A stretch of 64,000 nucleotides of DNA from an uncultured Chloroflexia bacterium (lineage in GTDB: Bacteria > Chloroflexota > Limnocylindria > Limnocylindrales > CSP1-4). Positions within the stretch are counted from its first letter, which is position 1. Each line of letters opens with the position of its first letter. Both the position numbers and the translations under genes were made by a program. Location of the stretch: the NCBI GenBank assembly GCA_963752475.1, contig CAVVYR010000031.1, positions 1 to 64,000 of the forward strand, given 5' to 3'. The notes under the pieces were generated by a model. That model worked only from the letters and a program-made list of their open reading frames with translations. It had not been told where the DNA came from and made no database searches. Below are positions 40,769 through 50,918 of the stretch, one piece after another.

Positions 40769-42463
40769 GTGACCGACCCACGCTCCCAGTACCCGCGGCC
40801 CATCCCGGCCCAGCCGCCAAGCTCTGGCGCGCCGCCGATGGCACCACCCGAGGAGCCGGAGGAGCCGCCGCGCTGGACGCGCCGCACCATCGCGGGCACG
40901 GCACTGCTGCTGGGGATCTTCGTCGTCATCGGGCTCTTCGCCGCGTGGACGGTCACGCCGCCCCCCGACGAGGAGGCCTTGCCGCGTCCGGCCGACACCG
41001 ATGTCGTCATCGCCGGTGGCACGCCGCTCTCGTGGGACCCAGCGGCCGTCACCGACGGGCTCTCGGCCCAGCTGCTGACCCAGATCTTCGAGGGCCTGAC
41101 CGTCCTCGACTCCGACTCGGACGTCCGGCCCGCACTGGCCGAATCGTGGCGTGTCGAGGATGAGGGCCGTCGACTCGTCTTCGAATTGCGCGACGACCTC
41201 GCGTTCAGCGATGGCACACCGCTGACGGCCGAGGACGTCCGACGCTCGTGGCTGCGCGTCATCGACCCGGCATCACCAAGCCCGTTCTCCAGTCTGCTCG
41301 ATGACGTCGTCGGTGCGGCTGACTACGTTCGAGGGGTCGGCGACCCGGACGACGTCGGCATCACCGCCGAAGGCCGCACGGTGGTGTTGGACTTCGATCG
41401 TCCGGCGGCGTTCTTCCCGTCCATCGCGGCGGTGCCCACGCTGGCGGTCGTGCCACCCGGCATCGACGCTCAGACCCGCGGACCCGACGCCACCGACGAG
41501 TTCACAGCCAGCGGCGCGTTCGTCCCGGTGAGCCAGGACCTCGAGCAGATCCGCCTGCGGGCCAACGAGCACTTCTGGGCCGGCACAGCGCCGATGTCGG
41601 AGATCACCGTCATCACCGACGACGGCGGCCGCAGCCAGGTGGACGTCTTCGAGGACGAGGCCGTGGACTGGACCCGTGTCGCGGCTGCCGACGCTTCCTG
41701 GATCCGCTACGACCGCTATCTCGGCCCACGCTTGCGACACGCGGATCAGATGGCCGTGGACCTCCTGGGCTTCGACGCCGAGGAGCCGCCCTTCGATGAT
41801 CCGGCCATCCGGCGAGCGGTGGCGATGGCCGTCGATTGGCGACGACTGGCGACGCTCGCAGGAGCTGAGGAGCCGCCGACCTCGATCACGCCGCCCGAGG
41901 TCGTGGCCCGACCCGATGGCGACTTCGTGGCGCCCTATGACCCCGACGCAGCGCGCGCGGAGCTGGCAGCGGCCGGCTATCCCGACGGCGAGGGCTTCCC
42001 GACGGTCTCCCTCGCGACCTACGGCGTCGGCCCAGCCGAGGCCATCGCCGCAGAGCTCGCAGCCGAGCTGGGCATCACCGTCGCCGTCGAGACCCGGCCC
42101 TTCGAGCAGCACTCGTCGATGCTGGACCTCGACACACCCGACATGTGGACGCTGGCCTGGAGTGCCGACTACCCACACGCCCACGACTTCCTGGGCCTGC
42201 TCCTGCTCGGTGACAGCAGCGCCAACATCGGCGGCTGGAGCGACGCCGAGTACGACCGCCTCGTGGCGGAGGCCGCAGCCACGGGTGACGAAGCCGAGCA
42301 GGCAGCGCTGTACGCGCAGGCCGAGTCGATCGTGCGTGACCAGGCCCCGCTCATCCCGCTGGGCTACGGTGACGGCTGGTGGCTGGCACGCGAGGACCTG
42401 CGCGGCGACGCACTATCGGGCGTGGGCATCCTGCGCTACGCCGATCTAGAGTGGGCCGACTGA
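40769..42463 (+). CDS. Peptide ABC transporter substrate-binding protein (OppA-like, TM-anchored)
   Basis: IFEGL, PALAESW, FSDGTPLTAEDV, PPFDDPAIRRA, WSADYP. Confidence 0.92.
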   Translation: MTDPRSQYPRPIPAQPPSSGAPPMAPPEEPEEPPRWTRRTIAGTALLLGIFVVIGLFAAWTVTPPPDEEALPRPADTDVVIAGGTPLSWDPAAVTDGLSAQLLTQIFEGLTVLDSDSDVRPALAESWRVEDEGRRLVFELRDDLAFSDGTPLTAEDVRRSWLRVIDPASPSPFSSLLDDVVGAADYVRGVGDPDDVGITAEGRTVVLDFDRPAAFFPSIAAVPTLAVVPPGIDAQTRGPDATDEFTASGAFVPVSQDLEQIRLRANEHFWAGTAPMSEITVITDDGGRSQVDVFEDEAVDWTRVAAADASWIRYDRYLGPRLRHADQMAVDLLGFDAEEPPFDDPAIRRAVAMAVDWRRLATLAGAEEPPTSITPPEVVARPDGDFVAPYDPDAARAELAAAGYPDGEGFPTVSLATYGVGPAEAIAAELAAELGITVAVETRPFEQHSSMLDLDTPDMWTLAWSADYPHAHDFLGLLLLGDSSANIGGWSDAEYDRLVAEAAATGDEAEQAALYAQAESIVRDQAPLIPLGYGDGWWLAREDLRGDALSGVGILRYADLEWAD

Positions 42464-43629
42464 TGCGACGACTACCGACCCTGCTCATGGCGACACTGCT
42501 ACTCGTCATCAGCGCGCTGGCACCGGCCGCGGCCCGACCCGACATCGCGTTCGGGACGCCGCTGGCCGAGGGCGCCTTCGGCGAGAGCGTCGTGTTCTCG
42601 ACGGAGTTCAGCACCGACGCCCGGCCCATCCGCGTCGAGTTGCTCAGCCGGCAGCCCGGCGACGACAGTGACCTGGTGACCATCGCGGACGTCACCGGTG
42701 ATGGGGACGGTCGCTGGACCGCGACCGTCTATCAGGGAGGTCACATCGTGCCCAACACGGCCTGGGAGTATCACTTCCGGGTCGTCACCGAGGAGGGCTC
42801 GGCCACGGGCCCGACCGGCACGCATCAGCTCATCGATGAGCGGTTCGAGTGGGACGTGCTCGAGGGCGAACTGGTCAGCGTCTGGACCTACGAGGGTGGT
42901 GACGACTTCGCCAGGGAGGCGCTGGCCATCGCCGAGACGGCCGTGAGCGAGGCGGCCGAGCTGCTCGGCGTGGAGGACACCGAGCCCGTCGACTTCCTGC
43001 TCTATACCGACAACCGGGAGTTCCGCGACGCCATGGGGCCGGCTACCCGCGAGAACGTCGGTGGGCAGGCCCACCCCCGCATCCGCACGCTCTTCGGGCT
43101 CATCGAGCCGCGCCAGATCGACTCCGACTGGGCCGACGAACTCATCACCCACGAGCTCGCCCACCTCGTCTTCCACGACGCCGTGGACAACCCCTACCAG
43201 TACCCGCCGCGCTGGCTCAACGAGGGGCTCGCGGTGATGCTCTCCAAGGGCTATGACGACGGTGACCGCCGGCAGGTCCAGGGCGCGGCCGGCGGTGGCA
43301 CGATCATCCCCCTCGAGGGGCTCGTGGGGCAGTTCCCGACGCGCGCTGGTCGCCAGAGCCTGGCCTACGCGGAGTCGATCGCGGCGGTCGACTACTTCGT
43401 CGAGACCTACGGGCAGGACCGGCTGGTCGAGCTCATCGGGGCGTTCGGGGAGGGGAGCGGGCTCGACGGCGCGTTCATGGCCGCAACCGGTGATGACTTC
43501 GCGGCCTTCGATGCGGCCTGGCTCGACTCGCTCGGCGCGGACGAACCCGAACCGTATGGCCCCAGCGACAGCATCCCCGGCCCGCTGCCGGACGTGTGGG
43601 CGACCGGACTCGGGCTGCTGCTAGGCTGA
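42463..43629 (+). CDS. Peptidase MA-like metallopeptidase
   Basis: Signal peptide; HELAH...PRWLNEGLA. Confidence 0.88.
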   Translation: MRRLPTLLMATLLLVISALAPAAARPDIAFGTPLAEGAFGESVVFSTEFSTDARPIRVELLSRQPGDDSDLVTIADVTGDGDGRWTATVYQGGHIVPNTAWEYHFRVVTEEGSATGPTGTHQLIDERFEWDVLEGELVSVWTYEGGDDFAREALAIAETAVSEAAELLGVEDTEPVDFLLYTDNREFRDAMGPATRENVGGQAHPRIRTLFGLIEPRQIDSDWADELITHELAHLVFHDAVDNPYQYPPRWLNEGLAVMLSKGYDDGDRRQVQGAAGGGTIIPLEGLVGQFPTRAGRQSLAYAESIAAVDYFVETYGQDRLVELIGAFGEGSGLDGAFMAATGDDFAAFDAAWLDSLGADEPEPYGPSDSIPGPLPDVWATGLGLLLG

Positions 43630-43637
43630 CCCGGCCC

Positions 43638-45086
43638 ATGTCGGAACACATCGCGCGACGAGCGCTCGACACCGCCAGCCAGTTCGGCGCGAGCTACGCC
43701 GATGTGCGCGTCGTCCGACGGCGTGACCAGAACGTGACCGTCAAGGCCGGTCGCGTCGAGGGCGTGAGCCTGGGCGAGTCGGAGGGCTTCGGTGTCCGCG
43801 TCCTCGTCGATGGCGCCTGGGGCTTCGCTGCCTCCGGCCACATGAACAGCCCTGAAGCCGATCGCGTGGCCGCCCTGGCGGTGAGCATCGCCAGGGCTGC
43901 CGCCCGCCACAACGACAGGCCGGTGCGGCTCGACGACCGGCCTCCGGCCGTGGGCCGCTACGAGACACCGCTCGAGGAAGACCCGTTCACGGTGCCGGTG
44001 GATCGCACCATCGACCTGCTGCTCGGGGCGGAACGGGCGATGGCCGCGGTCGCGGGCACGACCACCACCTCCGCCGGCTACGAGGCCTTCCGCGAGTCCA
44101 AGGACTTCTATGCCACCGACGGCTCACACACCGAGCAGCTCATCACCCATGTGGGTGCCGGCCTCGAGGTCAACGCCGCCGGAGAGGATGATCTCCAGCG
44201 CCGGACCTATCCGGAGGCCGGTGGCTACCGCGCCGCGGGCTACGAACACGTCCGCTCGCTCGACCTCCTCGGGCGCGCGCCCGAGCTGGCCGAGGAAGCC
44301 GTGGCGCTGCTCTCCGCGCCGGTGCTGCCGCCGGGACGACGGACGGTCGTCCTCCATCCCTCGCAGCTGTACCTGCAGATCCACGAGTCCTGCGGGCATC
44401 CCACCGAGCTCGACCGCGTCTTCGGGACGGAGGCCGCCTACGCCGGCACCAGCTTCCTCACCACCGACAAGCTCGACGCCGGTTTCGCCTACGGCTCCGA
44501 GCTGGTGACCATCACCGCCGACGCCACCACGCCGGGTGGCCTGGGCACGTTCGGCTGGGATGACGAGGGCGTGGCCGGCCAGCGCGTGCCGCTGGTCGAG
44601 CACGGACGCCTCACCGGCTACCTCTCGAGTCGCGAGACGGCACCCCGCATCGGGCGCGCGTCGGGTGGTTCGATGCGCGCCGACGGCCACGACCGCCTGC
44701 CGCTCATCCGCATGACCAACGTCAACCTCGAGCCTCGCGAGGGCATGAGCCTCGACGACATCATCGCCGACACCGACGACGGCCTCCTGTTCGTGAGCAA
44801 CCGCAGCTGGTCCATCGACGACCGCCGGTTGAACTTCCAGTTCGGCGTGGAGCTGGCGCGCGAGATCAAGCACGGCCGACTGGGCCAGCTCTACCGCAAT
44901 GCCACCTACACCGGCATCACGCCCGAGTTCTGGGGCTCCTGCGACGCGGTCGCCGATGCCGGCAGCTGGGAGCTCGTGGGCGTCACCAACTGTGGCAAGG
45001 GTCAGCCGGGACAGGGCATGCACGTGGGCCACGGCAGCAGCGGCGCTCGCTTCCGCGACGTCGAGGTCGGGGTCGGCAACCGATGA
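43638..45086 (+). CDS. tldD: TldD/PmbA family metalloprotease (catalytic subunit)
   Basis: HESCGHPTELD, WDDEG, IRMTN, CGKGQPGQ. Confidence 0.9.
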   Translation: MSEHIARRALDTASQFGASYADVRVVRRRDQNVTVKAGRVEGVSLGESEGFGVRVLVDGAWGFAASGHMNSPEADRVAALAVSIARAAARHNDRPVRLDDRPPAVGRYETPLEEDPFTVPVDRTIDLLLGAERAMAAVAGTTTTSAGYEAFRESKDFYATDGSHTEQLITHVGAGLEVNAAGEDDLQRRTYPEAGGYRAAGYEHVRSLDLLGRAPELAEEAVALLSAPVLPPGRRTVVLHPSQLYLQIHESCGHPTELDRVFGTEAAYAGTSFLTTDKLDAGFAYGSELVTITADATTPGGLGTFGWDDEGVAGQRVPLVEHGRLTGYLSSRETAPRIGRASGGSMRADGHDRLPLIRMTNVNLEPREGMSLDDIIADTDDGLLFVSNRSWSIDDRRLNFQFGVELAREIKHGRLGQLYRNATYTGITPEFWGSCDAVADAGSWELVGVTNCGKGQPGQGMHVGHGSSGARFRDVEVGVGNR

Positions 45087-46441
45087 CCGACCCCATGCGC
45101 TCGATGGCCAGCGAGATCGCCGACCGGGCGGTGGCCATGGCTCTCGACGCCGGCGCCACCCAGGCCGAGGCCGTGGCGGTCGACGGAGCCAGTGCACTGA
45201 CTCGCTTCGCCAACAACGAGCTGCACCAGTCCGTGGCCGAGGACGGTGTCACAGTCAACCTGCGCTTCATCGATGGGCAGCGCGTCGGTGTGGCCTCGGG
45301 CAACACGATCGACGACGACGCCCTCGGGCGGCTCACCGCCTCCGCCGCGGAGACGGCGCGCCAGCAGCCCGAGCAGGAGTGGTTCCGCTCGCTGCCCGAG
45401 CCCGGTCCCGTGCCCCTGGCTCATGCCGCCTGGGCGCAGCGCACGGCCCAGGCCGATCCCGATCTCCGGGCTGACATGGCCGCAGCCGTCATCGCCGCGG
45501 CCCGCGCTGTCGAGGCTCAGGCCTTCGGCATGGTGGAGACGACCTCGGAGACGATCGCGGTGGTCAATTCGCTGGGCATCGACGTCAGCGAGCAGCGGTC
45601 CCGGAGCCACGTATTGACGGTGATGATGGGACCGGGCGGCGGCACCGGCTACGCGGACCAGGTGGCCGTGGACATCGGGGCCATCGACGCCTCGGCCCTC
45701 GGGCGTGAGGCCGCGGAGCGCACGGCCGCGATGAAGGACCCGATCGAGCTCCCGGCCGGCGACTACCCCGTGGTCCTCGACCACTACGCCGCGATGGACA
45801 TCGCGCTCTGGCTCGGGTTCGTCGGCTTCAACGCCCAGGAGGTCCAGGAGCAGCAGTCGTTCTTCGAGCCCGGCAAGGTCGTGGCCTCACCGCTGGTCAG
45901 CCTCGCCGACGACGGCACCGACACGGACGGGACCCCGGCCTCGTTCGACTTCGAAGGGGTCGCCAAGCGGCGCGTCCCGCTCATCGAGAATGGGATCTGC
46001 CGAGAGGTCGTGCACGACTCCAAGACCGCCCAGGCCGCCGGCGTAGCCTCGACAGGGCACGCGCTGCCGGCACCGAACCCGTGGGGGCCCTTCCCCTTCA
46101 ACATGACGATGGCCGCGGGCGAGTCCACGCGCGAGGAGCTCATCGGCGGGCTCGAGCGCGGGCTGCTGGTGACGCGCTTCCACTACACCAACGCGGTCCA
46201 CCCCAAGCAGGTGAGGATCACGGGCATGACCAAGGACGGCCTCTTCCTCGTGGAGGACGGACGCATCACCGCACCGGTGCGAAACCTGCGCTTCACCCAG
46301 TCATACCTCGATGCGCTGGCAGCGGTCGAAGCCGTCGGAAGCGAGCGGCGTGCGGTCGACGCCGACGACTACCTGGGCACGATCGTGGTGCCCGCGCTGC
46401 GCATCGGCTCGTTCGGCTTCACGGGCACCACCGAGCACTAA
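45083..46441 (+). CDS. TldE/PmbA family protein
   Basis: TRFANN, FDFEG, STGH, TGMTKDG; no HExxxH. Confidence 0.88.
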   Translation: MTDPMRSMASEIADRAVAMALDAGATQAEAVAVDGASALTRFANNELHQSVAEDGVTVNLRFIDGQRVGVASGNTIDDDALGRLTASAAETARQQPEQEWFRSLPEPGPVPLAHAAWAQRTAQADPDLRADMAAAVIAAARAVEAQAFGMVETTSETIAVVNSLGIDVSEQRSRSHVLTVMMGPGGGTGYADQVAVDIGAIDASALGREAAERTAAMKDPIELPAGDYPVVLDHYAAMDIALWLGFVGFNAQEVQEQQSFFEPGKVVASPLVSLADDGTDTDGTPASFDFEGVAKRRVPLIENGICREVVHDSKTAQAAGVASTGHALPAPNPWGPFPFNMTMAAGESTREELIGGLERGLLVTRFHYTNAVHPKQVRITGMTKDGLFLVEDGRITAPVRNLRFTQSYLDALAAVEAVGSERRAVDADDYLGTIVVPALRIGSFGFTGTTEH

Positions 46442-46647
46442 CGGGTCAGCTCGTCGAGGCCGCCCTTTCGTTCCGCTTCGCGCTGCTCCTGGCGCTCGCG
46501 CGGCGAAGGCGTCTCCAGATCGTCCGACCAGCGATCGAGCGCACAGACCCATTGCTGGTGGCCGCGACAGCCGGAGTCGGAGCACTCGCGGTAGGTGGTG
46601 CCCCTGAACTCGTAGGAGGCCTCCCACGCGTGGTCGTGCTGTGCCAT
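46438..46647 (-). CDS. Small His/Cys-containing hypothetical protein
   Basis: 69 aa, HDHAW...CSDSGCRGH; TACACT 6 nt upstream of the ATG. Confidence 0.55.
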   Translation of the reverse strand: MAQHDHAWEASYEFRGTTYRECSDSGCRGHQQWVCALDRWSDDLETPSPRERQEQREAERKGGLDELTR

Positions 46648-46743
46648 CTGGCGAGTGTATCGAGAGTTCGAGCTGGGGCAGGCCAGCGGCGCCGACCGCA
46701 CCTCCACTATGCTTCCGCCTGAGCACCAGCGCAGAGGGAGCGG

Positions 46744-48261
46744 ATGAGCGAGATTCGAGAGCAGGTCGACGACGCCGTCACCATCGAGGGTGGCGCCGAT
46801 CGCGAGCAGGCCAAGCAGGTCCTGCGGAACCCCAAGTTCCTGTCGCTCTTCGGGTCGCAGATCCTTACCCAGGTCGGCGGCAACGCCGTTCTCTTCGGCC
46901 TCACGGTCACCGTCTTCGGACTCACGGACTCGAGCACCGCGGTCAGTATCCTGCTACTGACGTTCCTCGTGCCCGCTGTCGTCTTCGGCGCCGTGGCCGG
47001 TGTCTTCGTGGACATGTTCGACCGCCGTCAGATCCTTATCTGGTCGAACTTCCTGAGGGCCGGGCTTTACGTCCTGCTCCTGATCTTCCCGGACCAGCTG
47101 TTGGTCATCTACGCGGTCACCGCATTGGTGGCCACCTTGACCACGTTCTTCGGTCCGGCCGAAGCGGCCATGATCCCGTCGGTGGTGAAGAAGGAGCAGT
47201 TACTCACCGCCAACAGCTTCTTCATCCTCATGCTGCAGGCTTCGTTCGTGCTCGGATTCGCCCTGATCGGCCCCGCCGCACATCGCTTCCTGGGCATGGA
47301 AGCGCTGGTCATCATCGTCGTGGCGGCGTACTTCCTCGCGGGCCTGCTCTGCTCGATCCTGCCCCCCTCACCAGCAGGCCAGATGGGCCAGGCCTCTCTC
47401 GACTCCGCGCGTCGCGCCATCGCCGCGACCTTCGCCCAGTTGCGAGAAGGCCTGCAGTACATCCGTCAGCACCACAACATCTTCTGGTCGCTGACGTACC
47501 TGGCCATCACGGCATCACTCATCGGCGTCCTCGGCTCGCTGGGTCCGGCCTTCGCGGCCGATGTGCTGGGCCTCGAGGACAGCGACCTCGTGGTGATCCT
47601 CCTGCCCCTCGGTGCCGGCCTCGTCTCGGGCATCGTGGTGCTCAACTTCATCGGCCACCGGCTGCCCAGACGACGGCTCATCGAGAGCGGCATGATCGGC
47701 CTGGGCCTGGCGCTCGTGGTGCTCGGCCTGGTCCAGAACCTCGATGCCCTCCGCAACGGCGATGACATCACCGCCTTGCTCGTCATCGTGGTGGTACTCG
47801 CCTTCATGGCCGGCGTCTTCTATGCCTTCGTGGCCGTGCCCGCGCAGACCTCGCTGCAAGAGGAGCTGCCAGGTGACGTTCGCGGCCGCGTCTTCGGCGT
47901 GCTCAACATGCTCGTGAGCCTGGCCTCGTTCGTGCCCATCATCGTGGCCGGACCGCTGGCCGATGTGCTCAGCGCAGCCGCGGTCATCATCATCTTCGCC
48001 ACCCTCGTGATGGTCATCGGCGTGACCTCGATCGTCTTCGCCCATCCTCGGGTCACCGGCAGCGCGCACCCGACCAATGTCGAGCCCTACGACCCCATGA
48101 CCATCACCACGGCCTCGTCCACGCTCAACCGTCCCATCCGCCTGCGCTACATCGCCGAAGACGTCGAGGCCACCCGGCCCATCCAGATCATCGCCAGCCC
48201 GGTCGTCCCCGGCCGGGCCGGCCCTGCGCAGGAGCCACCGTCCGGCCCAGCCGATGGCTGA
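46744..48261 (+). CDS. MFS transporter (H+ antiporter / MFS_3-like)
   Basis: GVFVDMFDRR motif A, about 12 TM, RGRVFG. Confidence 0.92.
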   Translation: MSEIREQVDDAVTIEGGADREQAKQVLRNPKFLSLFGSQILTQVGGNAVLFGLTVTVFGLTDSSTAVSILLLTFLVPAVVFGAVAGVFVDMFDRRQILIWSNFLRAGLYVLLLIFPDQLLVIYAVTALVATLTTFFGPAEAAMIPSVVKKEQLLTANSFFILMLQASFVLGFALIGPAAHRFLGMEALVIIVVAAYFLAGLLCSILPPSPAGQMGQASLDSARRAIAATFAQLREGLQYIRQHHNIFWSLTYLAITASLIGVLGSLGPAFAADVLGLEDSDLVVILLPLGAGLVSGIVVLNFIGHRLPRRRLIESGMIGLGLALVVLGLVQNLDALRNGDDITALLVIVVVLAFMAGVFYAFVAVPAQTSLQEELPGDVRGRVFGVLNMLVSLASFVPIIVAGPLADVLSAAAVIIIFATLVMVIGVTSIVFAHPRVTGSAHPTNVEPYDPMTITTASSTLNRPIRLRYIAEDVEATRPIQIIASPVVPGRAGPAQEPPSGPADG

Positions 48262-49258
48262 CCGTCCGCGCATAGCGGTCGTCTTCACGGGCGGCACCAT
48301 CTCGATGCTGCCGGACCCCGTCTCTGGTGCCGCCGTTCCCGCCCTCGACGGCACCGCCATCCTCGCGCGCGTGCCGGGTCTCGGGAGCATCGCGGAACTC
48401 GAACCGATCGACTGGGGGCTGGTGCCCGCGTCGCACCTGCGCTTCAGCCAGATCCTGGAGATCGGCAGCGTCATCGCCGATGCCGCTGAGCGTGAGGACG
48501 TCGACGGCGTGGTCGTGGTGCAGGGCACCGACGTGCTCGAGGAGACGTCCTACGCCTGGGACCTGCTCCATGCCATCGACACGCCCGTGGTCGTGGTCGG
48601 AGCCATGCGCAACGCCGGTGACCCCGACTACGAGGGGCCGGCCAACATCACCGACGCGGTGCGTGTGGCGGCCGACCCGCGCATGCGCGGCCAGGGCGTG
48701 TCCGTGGTCATGGACGGGCGGATCCTGCCGGCCGACGATGTGACCAAGACGAACAGCCAGTCGATCGACACGTTCCAGGCGCTCAACGACGGACCCCTCG
48801 GCTACGTGCGTGATGGCCAGGTCGTGCTGGAGCGCGAGCGGCGCGCCCGCCGCATGCTCGTCGAGTGGCCGGTAGCGGCCGCCGAGCCGGTCGCGCTCAT
48901 CACCGCGGTCGTCGCGACCGACGGCTCGCTGCTGCGGGCGGCGCTGGAGCAGGGGAGTCGGGCCATCGTGGTCGAGGCCACCGGCTCCGGCAACACCGAC
49001 CCGGACCTGCTGGCGGCCGCGGTCGAGGCCATGGACGCCGCGGTGCCGGTGGCCCTGACGACGCGCTGCGCTTCGGGCGCCGTGGGTCCGCTCTACGGGT
49101 TCCCCGGCGGCGGCCGCTCGTGGCAGGAGTCAGGCGCCATCATGGCCGGCACGCTGAGCGGCCCGAAGGCCCGCATCGCGCTCGCCCTCGGAGCGGGCGC
49201 CGGGCTCGACCGAGCCGGCCTGGGCACGCTGCTGGGCGAGCCACGGTCCGATGGCTGA
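48254..49258 (+). CDS. Asparaginase
   Basis: TGGTIS, QGTDVLEET, GAMR, GSGN. Confidence 0.92.
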   Translation: MADRPRIAVVFTGGTISMLPDPVSGAAVPALDGTAILARVPGLGSIAELEPIDWGLVPASHLRFSQILEIGSVIADAAEREDVDGVVVVQGTDVLEETSYAWDLLHAIDTPVVVVGAMRNAGDPDYEGPANITDAVRVAADPRMRGQGVSVVMDGRILPADDVTKTNSQSIDTFQALNDGPLGYVRDGQVVLERERRARRMLVEWPVAAAEPVALITAVVATDGSLLRAALEQGSRAIVVEATGSGNTDPDLLAAAVEAMDAAVPVALTTRCASGAVGPLYGFPGGGRSWQESGAIMAGTLSGPKARIALALGAGAGLDRAGLGTLLGEPRSDG

Positions 49259-50918
49259 GCCACGAGCCGACCTGCTCATCGAGGGCCGGATCGCGACGCT
49301 GATGGGAACCAGCGGCTTCGGCTGGGTCGAGTCCGTCGCCATCGCCGACGGCCGCGTGCTCGCGGCAGGCGACCGCATCGAGGTCGCGGCGCTTTCGTCC
49401 GCCGGCACGCGCCACTGGCAGCTGCCCCCGAAGCTCGCGGTCATGCCCTCGTTCACCGACGCCCACATGCACTGCGCCTCGGCTGCGCTGGCGGCGGAGC
49501 AGCCAGATCTCAACAGCCTAGATCGGCACGGGGTCGAGCAGGCCATCGCGTCGGCCCACCGCTCCCGCCTCGAGGAGGGCGATCCCGACGGCTGGCTGCT
49601 GGGCCATGGCTGGACCTTCGACGCACTCGGCGAGCGGCCCGATGCCCGCTGGCTGGATGAGGCGGCGCCGGGCCGGCCGGTCGCGCTGTGGTCGCATGAC
49701 CACCACTCGCGCTGGCTCAGCGCCAGAGCCATCCAGATCGCGGGTCTCGCAGCCACCGGCGACCCATCCTCGGGCCGCATCGAGCGCGATGCGGAGGGCC
49801 GACCGACGGGGATCATGTTCGAGGCCGCGGCCGGGCTGGTCGACGCCTTCATCCCGGCGCCCGCGATGAGCGACGTGGACTGGGCCGTCGGGGCCTACGC
49901 CCGCCGCTTGGCCGAGCTGGGCGTGACGTCGGTGCACGATCCGGGACACGTCGCCCCCGACCCCGAGCTCACGGGTGGACCCGTGCACTACCGGGAGATG
50001 GCCCGCGGCGGCCACCTGCCGCTGCGGGTGATGGCCAGCGTCCGCGAGGACCAGCTCGAACGAGCCATCGAGATCGGCTTTCGCACGGGACGGACCGTCG
50101 AGGGTGACGAACGTGGCCGCTACCGCGACGGCTGGCTGAAGCTGTTCAGCGATGGCGCCGTGGGCAGCCGCACCGCCGCGCTATTGGCACCGTATGAGGG
50201 GAGTGACCCCGCGGCGCCACCGCCGGACCGGGCGTCCGGGATCCCCTTGCGTAGCCATGAGCAGCTGGCCGAGGTCGCCGGCCGTGCCGCGGAGAACGGC
50301 ATCGCCAGCGAGATCCACGCCATCGGTGATGCAGCCGTGCGCACGGTGCTCGATGTCATCGAGGGACTCCCGGCCGTGCCGGACGCGATGCACCGCGTGG
50401 AGCACGCCCAGCTCGTGCACCCACATGACGTCGCGCGCTTCGCGGCGCTGGGCATCCCCGCATCGGTCCAGCCGTGCCACCTGCTGAGCGACGTGGACGT
50501 CATGCGAACCGCATGGGGCGAGCGCTGCGCAACGGCGTTCCCGCTGGCGGACCTCGACGCGAGCGGAGCCCTGCTGCCGTTCGGGACCGATGCACCCGTC
50601 GAACCACCCGACCCCTGGCGCAACATCGCGGCCGCCGTCGCCCGACGCGGAGCCGGCTGGGACACGGCGGCCACGTTCTACGCCGAGCAGGCCATCGGGC
50701 TCGATCGCGCCCTGCGAGGGGCCACGCTGGATGGGCCGATCTCGGCCAGGGTCGAGGACCAGGGTCATCTCGGCCCGGGGGCGCGGGCGGATCTGCTGGT
50801 CGTGCCGGCCGACATGTTCGAAGCGCCCGACGACGCCGATGTGCTCGAGCACACGCGCCCGCAGGCCACGCTGCTCGACGGCGAGGTCGTCTACCGCACG
50901 CCGGAGTTCGACCGCTAG
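49251..50918 (+). CDS. Amidohydrolase family 3 (YtcJ-like)
   Basis: DAHMH, KLFSDG, HAIGD, HRVEHAQ, GTDAP. Confidence 0.92.
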   Translation: MAEPRADLLIEGRIATLMGTSGFGWVESVAIADGRVLAAGDRIEVAALSSAGTRHWQLPPKLAVMPSFTDAHMHCASAALAAEQPDLNSLDRHGVEQAIASAHRSRLEEGDPDGWLLGHGWTFDALGERPDARWLDEAAPGRPVALWSHDHHSRWLSARAIQIAGLAATGDPSSGRIERDAEGRPTGIMFEAAAGLVDAFIPAPAMSDVDWAVGAYARRLAELGVTSVHDPGHVAPDPELTGGPVHYREMARGGHLPLRVMASVREDQLERAIEIGFRTGRTVEGDERGRYRDGWLKLFSDGAVGSRTAALLAPYEGSDPAAPPPDRASGIPLRSHEQLAEVAGRAAENGIASEIHAIGDAAVRTVLDVIEGLPAVPDAMHRVEHAQLVHPHDVARFAALGIPASVQPCHLLSDVDVMRTAWGERCATAFPLADLDASGALLPFGTDAPVEPPDPWRNIAAAVARRGAGWDTAATFYAEQAIGLDRALRGATLDGPISARVEDQGHLGPGARADLLVVPADMFEAPDDADVLEHTRPQATLLDGEVVYRTPEFDR

